Below are positions 16,871 through 26,947 of a stretch of DNA of 34,158 nt, piece after piece. Origin of the DNA: an uncultured Clostridia bacterium (lineage in GTDB: Bacteria; Bacillota; Thermosediminibacteria; Thermosediminibacterales; Tepidanaerobacteraceae); NCBI GenBank assembly GCA_964389965.1, contig CAYMGK010000001.1:2964-37121 (forward strand), in the 5' to 3' direction. The notes under the pieces are model-generated. The model was not told where the DNA came from. It made no database searches and saw only the letters and a program-made list of their open reading frames with translations. How positions within the stretch are numbered: the first letter of the stretch is position 1; every line of letters begins with the position of its first letter. Position numbers and translations under genes: made by a program.

Positions 16871-16906
16871 TGGGACAATTTCAGACTACAAGGGACGTTA
16901 AATGGC
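16871..16906 (+). promoter_or_regulatory. Putative CggR operator (tandem direct repeat)
   Basis: tGGGAC-N6-aGaC-N4-aGGGAC-N6-TGgC has exactly the spacing of the B. subtilis CggR operator CGGGAC-N6-TGTC-N4-CGGGAC-N6-TGTC. It lies 126 nt upstream of gap. Confidence 0.65.
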
Positions 16907-17007
16907 CCTATGTAGGAAACTGAATAAAACCAGAGCCATTAAGTAAATTCTAAGTATAAAGAAGTGAAGTATCCCAGAGTACTAAAATGACTTTTAAAGT
17001 CAATTAA

Positions 17008-18045
<1,038 letters not shown>

Positions 18046-18061
18046 TAAGGGCAATGAGAGC

Positions 18062-18106
18062 GGCTGAAGAGCCCTTGTTTTATGAGGGCTTTTCAGCCAT
18101 TTGTTT
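18062..18106 (+). terminator. Hairpin between gap and cggR (partial terminator or RNA-stability element)
   Basis: ggctgaagagccc (18062-18074) pairs with gggcttttcagcc (18086-18098) over 13 bp, including one G-U. An interrupted T-rich tract (atttgtttcattt) follows. Confidence 0.45.
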
Positions 18107-18135
18107 CATTTATATTGCTTTTAAGGAGAATTGCA

Positions 18136-19176
18136 ATGCACGAAGTAGTCGGGTTATTAAAACAAATAGCCCCTGAGGTAGCAAGTACTATAGAAAATCG
18201 ATACACCATATTGCGCAATATATACTTTAGTCAACCTATCGGTAGAAGGGCACTGGCATCTCTGTTATCATGGTCCGAACGGCAGCTTAGGTCCGAAGCT
18301 AAACGTTTGGAAGGGCAAGAACTACTGAAAATCAACTCAAGGGGCATGGAGTTGACCGATAAAGGTAAAGAGATAATAGCCGGTTTGGAAAGCTTTATAT
18401 ATCATTTAAGGGATTTGGATTCCATTGCCCAAAATATAAAACGTCGATTTAACTGTGGCCATGTTTCAATAATTCCGGGAGACTCGGATAAAGACGAAAC
18501 CCTTAAAATACAGCTAGGGAAAAAAGCAGCTCAGTACCTTAAGAAAACTATAAACAATAAGGATGTTGTGGCAGTAACAGGAGGGACTACTACTGCACAA
18601 ATCCCCCATTCAATGGAAAAAATTGACGGAATAGATGATGTTGTAGTAGTGCCTGGAAGGGGTGGTTTAGGAGAAAAAGTTGAAATTGAATCAAATACCA
18701 TAGCAGCAGAATTAGCAAAAAAACTTCAAGCAAAATACAAACTATTATACATTCCTGATAATTTAAGTCCTGAAACTATGGAATCAGTTGTAAATGAACC
18801 CAAGATACGGGAAATACTTGCAATTGTTCACAAAACCAGTATTTTACTTCACGGCATAGGAGGTGCTGAGGAAATAGGTCGAAGGCGTGGCCTTTCGGAA
18901 AAGCAAATAACCAAAATAAAGGAGAAAGGTGCAGTTGCAGAGGCATTTGGATATTATTTTGACAAGAAAGGCAGAGTAGTTCATATTACTACAAGTGTTG
19001 GTCTTACCATAAATGATTTGAAAAATATTAGGGTTGTAATCGCAATTGCCGGTGGGACCAAAAAAGCCCCTGCCATACAGGCATTTTTAAGATATCATAA
19101 TCCTACGGCTTTTATTACTGATGAAGGTGCAGCTAGAAGATTACTAGAACTTGAGGGAGGTGCAAATGATGAATAA
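18136..19176 (+). CDS. cggR: Central glycolytic genes regulator (SorC family)
   Basis: N-terminal winged-helix region plus a SorC-type sugar-phosphate-binding domain (VAVTGGTT..., [27 protein letters not shown]). AAGGAG at 18123-18128 precedes ATG 18136. The length matches B. subtilis CggR (about 340 aa). Confidence 0.85.
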   Translation: MHEVVGLLKQIAPEVASTIENRYTILRNIYFSQPIGRRALASLLSWSERQLRSEAKRLEGQELLKINSRGMELTDKGKEIIAGLESFIYHLRDLDSIAQNIKRRFNCGHVSIIPGDSDKDETLKIQLGKKAAQYLKKTINNKDVVAVTGGTTTAQIPHSMEKIDGIDDVVVVPGRGGLGEKVEIESNTIAAELAKKLQAKYKLLYIPDNLSPETMESVVNEPKIREILAIVHKTSILLHGIGGAEEIGRRRGLSEKQITKIKEKGAVAEAFGYYFDKKGRVVHITTSVGLTINDLKNIRVVIAIAGGTKKAPAIQAFLRYHNPTAFITDEGAARRLLELEGGANDE

Positions 19177-20353
19177 AAAAACTCTTAAGGATTTTAAATT
19201 GGGAAATAAGAGGGTTTTAGTAAGAGTTGATTTCAATGTTCCTTTAGACGAAAATCAAAATATAACTGATGACACAAGAATAAAAGCAGCCCTACCTACA
19301 ATACATCATTTAATGGATGAGGGCGCAAAAATTATTCTCATGTCGCATCTTGGCAGACCGAAGGGCAAGGCAAATCTAAAATACAGCCTTATTTCTGTGG
19401 CAAAGCGACTTTCAGAATTACTTGAGAAAGAAGTGGTTTTTCAGGCCGATTGCATAGGAAAATCTGTTGAAAAGGCAATAGCCAACATGAAGCCCAGTGA
19501 TGTACTATTATTGGAGAACACCAGATTTCATGAAGGTGAAGAGAAAAACGATCCGGAATTTGCTAAAAACCTTGCGGCAAATGGGGATATATTTATAAAC
19601 GATGCCTTTGGGACATCCCATAGGGCCCATGCTTCTAATGTGGGTGTTGCACAAATATTGCCTGCAGGCGCCGGATATTTAGTGCAAAAAGAACTGGAGA
19701 TAATGGGGAATGCCTTAAATAACCCCAAAAGACCCTTTGTGGCGATTTTAGGTGGTGCTAAAGTCGGAGATAAAATAGGAGTTATACAAAACCTACTCAA
19801 CAAAGTCGATACACTTTTAATAGGTGGGGGTATGGCCTATACTTTCTTAAAAAGTCAAGGCTATGAAATAGGTAAATCCCTACTAGAACCTGATAAAATT
19901 CAGCTTGCCACATCCCTTTTGGAAAAAGCGAAAGAAAAAGATGTGGAAATACTGTTACCTGAAGATGTTTTAATCACATCACAGCTTGAAGAAGGATTTC
20001 CCTATGAGACTGTTGCTATTACACATATACCTAAAGATAAAATGGGTGTGGATATAGGAGAAAAAACCCGAAGTAAATTCTCTGATATTGTAAGGAAAGC
20101 CGGGACCGTTGTTTGGAATGGCCCAATGGGTGTTTTTGAAATAAAAGAATATGCTAAGGGGACTTTCGCCATAGCAAATGCCATGTCAAAATCAAAGGCA
20201 GTGACTATAATAGGCGGTGGTGACTCAGCGGCAGCAGTTAAACAACTGGGATTTGCCAAAGCCATGACGCATATTTCTACAGGTGGAGGTGCCTCCCTAG
20301 AGTTTCTTGAAGGCAAAGAATTGCCCGGAATTGCAGTTTTAGACAATTTGTAG
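19166..20353 (+). CDS. pgk: Phosphoglycerate kinase
   Basis: MNKKTLKD...RVDFNVPL...SHLGRPKG...FGTSHRAH...[19 protein letters not shown]. Either ATG 19166 or ATG 19169 is possible, and both overlap the cggR stop (19174-19176). Confidence 0.95.
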   Translation: MMNKKTLKDFKLGNKRVLVRVDFNVPLDENQNITDDTRIKAALPTIHHLMDEGAKIILMSHLGRPKGKANLKYSLISVAKRLSELLEKEVVFQADCIGKSVEKAIANMKPSDVLLLENTRFHEGEEKNDPEFAKNLAANGDIFINDAFGTSHRAHASNVGVAQILPAGAGYLVQKELEIMGNALNNPKRPFVAILGGAKVGDKIGVIQNLLNKVDTLLIGGGMAYTFLKSQGYEIGKSLLEPDKIQLATSLLEKAKEKDVEILLPEDVLITSQLEEGFPYETVAITHIPKDKMGVDIGEKTRSKFSDIVRKAGTVVWNGPMGVFEIKEYAKGTFAIANAMSKSKAVTIIGGGDSAAAVKQLGFAKAMTHISTGGGASLEFLEGKELPGIAVLDNL

Positions 20354-20392
20354 TAATCTATTTTGTAAATGGATTACATTAAGTGTTGTTTT

Positions 20393-20566
20393 AGTGTTGA
20401 AATCCTGTCAAGGTAAAACTTACGACAAACTGTGTCTTTCAAGCAATGTTGTCTTTATTCTTGGGCTCGTGTCTTAGGATAACAGACCTGGCTTTAGAGG
20501 GAGTTCTCTGAGTTTTGTCAAAGGGACTATCTACAATGAAATCAGTGTTAGAATAAACCGGAGGTG
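20393..20566 (+). repeat. Intergenic repeat element, copy B (paralogue of 2658-2796), within the pgk-tpiA spacer
   Basis: The core 20409-20491 is about 80% identical to 2674-2756. The flanking ends are also shared. The central variable segment is about 30 nt longer than in copy A. The right end runs into the tpiA RBS. Confidence 0.6.
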
Positions 20567-20572
20567 GTTATT

Positions 20573-21328
20573 GTGTCTAGAAAACCCTTGATAGCAGGTA
20601 ACTGGAAAATGAATAACAATCAAAAGGAAACTTTGAATTTTCTCGAAACATTTTTACAAAAGATTCAAAACCATAAAGTTGAAACAGTGATATGTCCACC
20701 CTTTACAGGTCTTCATGTGGCAGCCAAAAAGTTGCAAAACTCAACAGTAAAATTAGGTGCCCAAAATATGCACTGGGAGGAAAAAGGGGCATTTACCGGG
20801 GAGATTTCACCGGAAATGTTAAAAGAAATTCCCTGCGATTATGTGATTATCGGTCATTCAGAGCGAAGACAATATTTTGGAGAAACTGATGATACAGTAA
20901 ATAAAAAAATAAAGTCTGCCTTTGAGTTTGATATACTCCCTATAGTGTGTGTTGGGGAGAGCCTTGAACAACGTGAAAAAGGCACTACTATGTTATGGGT
21001 ATTGTCACAAGTGGAAAATGCCTTGAAAGATATAACAGCAAAACAAATGGCTAAAGTAGTGTTCGCATATGAACCTATATGGGCTATTGGGACAGGAAAA
21101 ACAGCTTCTGCTACAGATGCCCAAGAAGTTATAGTAGCAATCAGAAATAAAATTGCAGAGCTCTACGATGAAAATATAGCACAAAAGGTTAGAATACTTT
21201 ACGGAGGAAGTGTAAAACCAGAAAATATAAAAGAACTGATGAAGGAGCCCGATATTGATGGGGCTTTGGTAGGTGGTGCAAGTCTTAAACCGGATAGTTT
21301 TCATGCCCTTTGTTCCTTTAATCTATAG
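20573..21328 (+). CDS. tpiA: Triose-phosphate isomerase
   Basis: PLIAGNWKMN, IIGHSERR, AYEPIWAIGTG, YGGSV. GGAGG at 20560-20564 lies 8 nt before GTG 20573. The ORF-track GTG at 20564 sits inside the RBS. Confidence 0.95.
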   Translation: MSRKPLIAGNWKMNNNQKETLNFLETFLQKIQNHKVETVICPPFTGLHVAAKKLQNSTVKLGAQNMHWEEKGAFTGEISPEMLKEIPCDYVIIGHSERRQYFGETDDTVNKKIKSAFEFDILPIVCVGESLEQREKGTTMLWVLSQVENALKDITAKQMAKVVFAYEPIWAIGTGKTASATDAQEVIVAIRNKIAELYDENIAQKVRILYGGSVKPENIKELMKEPDIDGALVGGASLKPDSFHALCSFNL

Positions 21329-21343
21329 TAGGAGTTGAAAATA

Positions 21344-22894
21344 GTGCCAAAAAAACCGTTGATGCTGATGATTCTGGACGGCTGGGGTCTAAATTCTAAA
21401 AAACAAGCAAATGCCATAGCAAATGCCAAAACGCCTAACTATGATGAGTTAATAAAGCAGTATCCATCTACCACGTTGAAGGCTTCGGGTCTGGCCGTAG
21501 GACTGCCCGAAGGGCAGATGGGCAATTCCGAGGTGGGCCATTTAAACCTGGGTGCAGGTAGAATTGTGTATCAGGATTTTACCAGAGTTAGTAAAGATAT
21601 AAAAAGTGGCGGTTTTTTTAAAAATCCTGCTTTTGCATGGGCAATGGACAATGTCTTACACAACAATAGGGCCCTCCATCTGATGGGCTTACTATCAGAT
21701 GGAGGTGTTCACAGCCATATAAAACATCTTGAAGCACTACTTGATATGGCCAAACAAAAAGGAGTTAAAAGGGTTTATTTGCATGCTTTTTTAGATGGTA
21801 GGGATGTTCCTCCGACTAATGCGTTGGAATACATATCTGAAATTGAGGAGTACATGAAGAAAATAGGAGTAGGAGAAATCGCAACAATTTCCGGTCGCTA
21901 CTATGCAATGGACCGAGATCGAAGGTGGGAGAGGACTCAGAGGGCTTATGATGCAATAGTTTTGGGTGAAGGGCCCAAGGCAACAAGTGGAAAGCAGGCA
22001 TTACTTGAAAACTATCGACGTAAGACAACAGATGAATTTGTAGTTCCCACTGTAATTACAAAAAAGGGTAAGACACCTGTTGCCACAGTGAATGAAGGCG
22101 ATTCTATAATTTTCTTTAATTTTCGGCCTGATAGAGCTCGCCAGCTGACTTACGCCTTTTGTAGAGAAGATTTCAGGGGATTTGTGCGGAAAAAAGGATA
22201 TTTTTTCACATACTATGTATGCTTAACAGAATATGATAGGGAAATTAACAACGCAAAGATAGCCTATAAACCTGAATCCTTAAAAAACATTTTAGCAGAA
22301 GTGCTTGCAAAGGTAGGCATGACACAGCTTAGAATTGCAGAAACTGAAAAATACGCCCATGTAACTTTTTTCTTCAATGGAGGTGTGGAAAAGGCCTATC
22401 CAGGTGAAGACAGGATATTAATACCCTCACCGAAAGTGGCAACATATGACTTGAAACCGGAAATGAGTGCATATAAAGTAGCTGATACAGTTGTGGAAAA
22501 GATTCAGTCAGATATATATGATGTAATAATATTGAACTTTGCCAACCCTGATATGGTAGGGCATACTGGTGTCTATGATGCGGCTGTCAAGGCCGTTGAA
22601 GCAGTGGATGACTGCATAGGAAAAGTGGCAAAGGCAATACTTGAAAGGGGAGGGACATTGCTTTTGACAGCAGACCATGGCAATGCGGAACAAATGGTTG
22701 ACTATAAAACAGGTGAACCCCACACCGCACATACCTGCAATTTGGTTCCCTTGATTTTGGTAAATGATAGACCTTTTAAACTAAGATCCGGGAAATTAGC
22801 TGATATAGCCCCAACAATGCTGAAATTATTGGGTATAGAGAAGCCGCAGGAAATGACAGGTCAGCCACTTATAACAGACGATGACCAAGTATAA
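21344..22894 (+). CDS. gpmI: 2,3-bisphosphoglycerate-independent phosphoglycerate mutase
   Basis: [46 protein letters not shown] at 21331-21334 favours GTG 21344 over TTG 21335. Confidence 0.95.
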   Translation: MPKKPLMLMILDGWGLNSKKQANAIANAKTPNYDELIKQYPSTTLKASGLAVGLPEGQMGNSEVGHLNLGAGRIVYQDFTRVSKDIKSGGFFKNPAFAWAMDNVLHNNRALHLMGLLSDGGVHSHIKHLEALLDMAKQKGVKRVYLHAFLDGRDVPPTNALEYISEIEEYMKKIGVGEIATISGRYYAMDRDRRWERTQRAYDAIVLGEGPKATSGKQALLENYRRKTTDEFVVPTVITKKGKTPVATVNEGDSIIFFNFRPDRARQLTYAFCREDFRGFVRKKGYFFTYYVCLTEYDREINNAKIAYKPESLKNILAEVLAKVGMTQLRIAETEKYAHVTFFFNGGVEKAYPGEDRILIPSPKVATYDLKPEMSAYKVADTVVEKIQSDIYDVIILNFANPDMVGHTGVYDAAVKAVEAVDDCIGKVAKAILERGGTLLLTADHGNAEQMVDYKTGEPHTAHTCNLVPLILVNDRPFKLRSGKLADIAPTMLKLLGIEKPQEMTGQPLITDDDQV

Positions 22895-22966
22895 CATTAG
22901 CGGATTGCCAGAAGTTTTACAAGGGGGGTTTTCTGCATTAGAACCAATCACAATTTAGGAAGGTGA

Positions 22967-24259
<1,293 letters not shown>

Positions 24260-24329
24260 TTATTTTTGATTATATTTCTAAAATATATGTTCAAAGACCA
24301 CATATGTATAACCCTATATACGTATACGT

Positions 24330-24415
24330 AGGGGCAAAGGTTTACGGGCAATTCTGTGGCCTACTAAGTCGCCCATGTAGGTATGTGCCCAACACACTGC
24401 CCCTGTTTCATTTGT
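24330..24415 (+). other. Nested stem-loop structure downstream of eno (unclassified: terminator-like or small structured RNA)
   Basis: There are three nested helices: AGGGGCA 24330-24336 with TGCCCCT 24398-24404, GGGCA 24346-24350 with TGCCC 24386-24390, and CCTAC 24360-24364 with GTAGG 24377-24381. The structure is followed by gtttcatttgt. Confidence 0.4.
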
Positions 24416-24419
24416 CCTT

Positions 24420-24451
24420 CCTATACCTAAATCAATATATGGTATAGGTTT
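24420..24451 (+). terminator. Second hairpin downstream of eno (weak terminator candidate)
   Basis: cctatacc (24420-24427) pairs with ggtatagg (24441-24448) around a 13-nt loop, and is followed by ttt. Confidence 0.35.
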
Positions 24452-24487
24452 AAAAAACGGCATATACTGCCGATAAGGGGGCTTTTT

Positions 24488-26947
24488 ATGAAAGAACTGA
24501 TTGTATACCCCACACCTCATTTAGTTAAACAGCACAATAGGTTGCAACTCATGGGCAAAAAAGGTATTTTCGAGAAACCGCCGATTACCTACGAAATTTT
24601 TGTAGAAAAAACCATAAGAGAATTCATTGCTTCGAAAAAAATTCTAGGAGATTTCAAAAAAGATTTAGTTCTCAATCGTATTTTTAAAAGACTGGTGCGA
24701 AGGAAAAGGCTGGCGTTTTTTAATATTCCCAGACAAGGATATATTCGCCGCATTGGTGAGGTGATAGGGGAACTCAAACAGCAGGACATGGATATTAATA
24801 TCTTTAGAAATCTTACAAAGGGAAAACCCAAATATGCGGATTTGGCTCTAATTTATCAAATCTATCAAGATTTCCTTAAAAAAAACAATCTATATGATAG
24901 GGAAGATCGCTATATACTGTGCAAAAGAGCCCTCGCTGAAAGTGAATTTCTATCTAATAAGGAAACAATATATTTCAATGAGTTTTATGCTTTTACTCCA
25001 ATTCAGCAAAAGATTTTATCCGCTTTAGGGGAAAAGGCTAAAATTACGAACCGTGGTTTGCAACCGAGGGTTCAGGAGATAAAAATAGTTAAAGCGCAAA
25101 ATCACAGGACCGAAATCATGAATTTGGCTCATGTAATAACAGAAGATTTGGAAGATGGATTATTGCCGGAGGATATGTGTATAGTCCTGAGAAATCCCAA
25201 TGATTACGCGCATCTTTTACACGAGGTTTTCGAGGAAGTAGGTATTCCTATCAACTTGGAAAATCAGGTGTCCCTTATACAAAACCCTTTCATTAAGGCT
25301 TTACAGCGAATTTTCTTAGAAGAACTTTCAGATTATTTCCCTAAAGAATTGACTCTAATGGATCTGGAAAACCAAACAATGAGTGAATGGGCTACAAACT
25401 TAACAACTTTTTTAGAAGACAGTGGTTATCCCCAGGTCCTTTGTCATATACATGGTGAAGACCTTAGTTTGATAAAGCGTGATTTAGAGGCTTATGAAGC
25501 CTTGATCAATCTCTTAAATGAATTGGGCGAGATAGATGGGTTTTTCACCGATGAGACTATGGATTTCAAAGACTTTGTCGAACTTCTAGGCTTTTATCTT
25601 CAGAGTAGGGTTTATAATTATAGCATAGCAAAAGACGGAATTTGGGTACTACAACCGGCACTGTTAAGGGGATTGCAGTTTAAAAGAGTCTATACTCCAG
25701 GTATGGTCGAAGGGGAATTCCCCCGTGACTTTAGACCGGACTGGCTTTTAAGCGAACAAGATAGGAAGGACTTAAACGAAAAAGGATACGAATTTGATAC
25801 CTTGGATATTTTAATTGAAAAAGAGAAACTGTCTTTTGATTTTATAAAAGCATCAAGTCATTCGAACTACTTTTCCTATCCAAAAGTGTCTAAAGACAAT
25901 ACTTCATCTCTTATATCATCATATCTTGAGGAATTGCCCCAATCCGCAATAGATGCTGTGGAAAATGTAAATTTTGACTCAGTTTACTGTCCCGATTGTG
26001 AGAAAGGTGTGTCTACTGCCCCCGGTGTCCTTTCCGCAAGAACCAAGCGGAGGCTTAAATGGATTTTTTCAAAAAGGGCCTTCAGTGCATCTGCATTTAA
26101 TATGTACGGAGAGTGTCCCTATAAGTTCTTCCTGGCAAGAGTCCTAAAATTATCACCACTGGAAGAGGAAGGAGATTATACGGCACTGGTAAAGGGAACG
26201 GTTCTACATAAAATACTCGAACTATTTTTCAAAAATCACAGTGAAGGATTGGAATCTGAGAGACTGAAGGAGTATATGGAGGAAATAAAAACCCTTACAG
26301 ATGAAGTTTTTGAAAGTGCTAATGTGAAAGAAAGTTTTTTACACCCACTTTTATACGAACTGGAAAAAGAAGAAATCGCCAAAAGTATTATAAATTACGT
26401 TGCTTGGCATATGGCACAAAGCGGAGACTTTAAGCCGATTCGCTATGAAACAGAATTTGGATATGGAGAAAATTTTTATCTAGACTTTGCTCCGGATATC
26501 CGACTTTCAGGAAAAATCGACAGAATTGATCAGGATTCGTCAGGTCGGTTGATAATCTTTGATTATAAAAGTAGTTGGACCCCTGATATAAAACAGGTGA
26601 AAGAAGGCACAAATCTTCAAATGCCTCTGTATATCATGGCATCGGAGAAAATATTGAAAAAACCTACAGTGGGTGGTGCTTTTATTTCCATCAAAAAAGG
26701 ATCTGCAGACAATATTTTAACTAAAGAAAGGGATTTGCCTTTTGTGTCCAAGCGCCGAAGAAAAGGGATTTTAAGTCAGAAGGAATGGAATGATTTGATG
26801 GAAACGGTGAAAACCACCATTAGGCAGTATGCGGACAATATAAGAGCAGCCAACTTTCCTTTAGAGCCAAAAAGCTGCCCTAAAATACAAATGTACGGGA
26901 GTTTTTGTGATTTTACTCAAATCTGTCCATGGGAGGCGGAAAGCTAA
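24488..26947 (+). CDS. PD-(D/E)XK nuclease-family protein, AddB-like subunit lacking a P-loop
   Basis: The C-terminal nuclease core is GKIDRID...LIIFDYKSS...Q.PLY. The cysteine set is GECPYKFF plus SCPKIQMYGSFCDFTQIC (AddB/Cas4-type Fe-S ligand pattern). No GK[ST] motif occurs anywhere in the 819 aa. AAGGGGG RBS. The stop overlaps the next start (TAATG). Confidence 0.75.
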   Translation: MKELIVYPTPHLVKQHNRLQLMGKKGIFEKPPITYEIFVEKTIREFIASKKILGDFKKDLVLNRIFKRLVRRKRLAFFNIPRQGYIRRIGEVIGELKQQDMDINIFRNLTKGKPKYADLALIYQIYQDFLKKNNLYDREDRYILCKRALAESEFLSNKETIYFNEFYAFTPIQQKILSALGEKAKITNRGLQPRVQEIKIVKAQNHRTEIMNLAHVITEDLEDGLLPEDMCIVLRNPNDYAHLLHEVFEEVGIPINLENQVSLIQNPFIKALQRIFLEELSDYFPKELTLMDLENQTMSEWATNLTTFLEDSGYPQVLCHIHGEDLSLIKRDLEAYEALINLLNELGEIDGFFTDETMDFKDFVELLGFYLQSRVYNYSIAKDGIWVLQPALLRGLQFKRVYTPGMVEGEFPRDFRPDWLLSEQDRKDLNEKGYEFDTLDILIEKEKLSFDFIKASSHSNYFSYPKVSKDNTSSLISSYLEELPQSAIDAVENVNFDSVYCPDCEKGVSTAPGVLSARTKRRLKWIFSKRAFSASAFNMYGECPYKFFLARVLKLSPLEEEGDYTALVKGTVLHKILELFFKNHSEGLESERLKEYMEEIKTLTDEVFESANVKESFLHPLLYELEKEEIAKSIINYVAWHMAQSGDFKPIRYETEFGYGENFYLDFAPDIRLSGKIDRIDQDSSGRLIIFDYKSSWTPDIKQVKEGTNLQMPLYIMASEKILKKPTVGGAFISIKKGSADNILTKERDLPFVSKRRRKGILSQKEWNDLMETVKTTIRQYADNIRAANFPLEPKSCPKIQMYGSFCDFTQICPWEAES

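Noticed and set aside
16870-16923. 17-codon ORF (MGQFQTTRDVKWPYVGN) overlapping the CggR operator.
   Set aside because: It has no RBS, and the repeats that create it are better explained as the operator half-sites.
24330-24404. Superficial resemblance of the nested element (GGGGCAAAGG..ACGGGCAA..GGCCUA..GUAGGUA) to c-di-GMP-I (GEMM) riboswitches.
   Set aside because: The hallmark ACGCAAAGC segment and the tetraloop/receptor arrangement are not present as I recall the consensus, so the similarity is limited to short G/C-rich words.
24314-24520. 68-aa ORF on the - strand in the eno/AddB-like spacer.
   Set aside because: No Shine-Dalgarno sequence and no recognisable motifs. It overlaps the start of the + strand gene and the nested RNA-like helices, so it is more likely a non-coding structured region.
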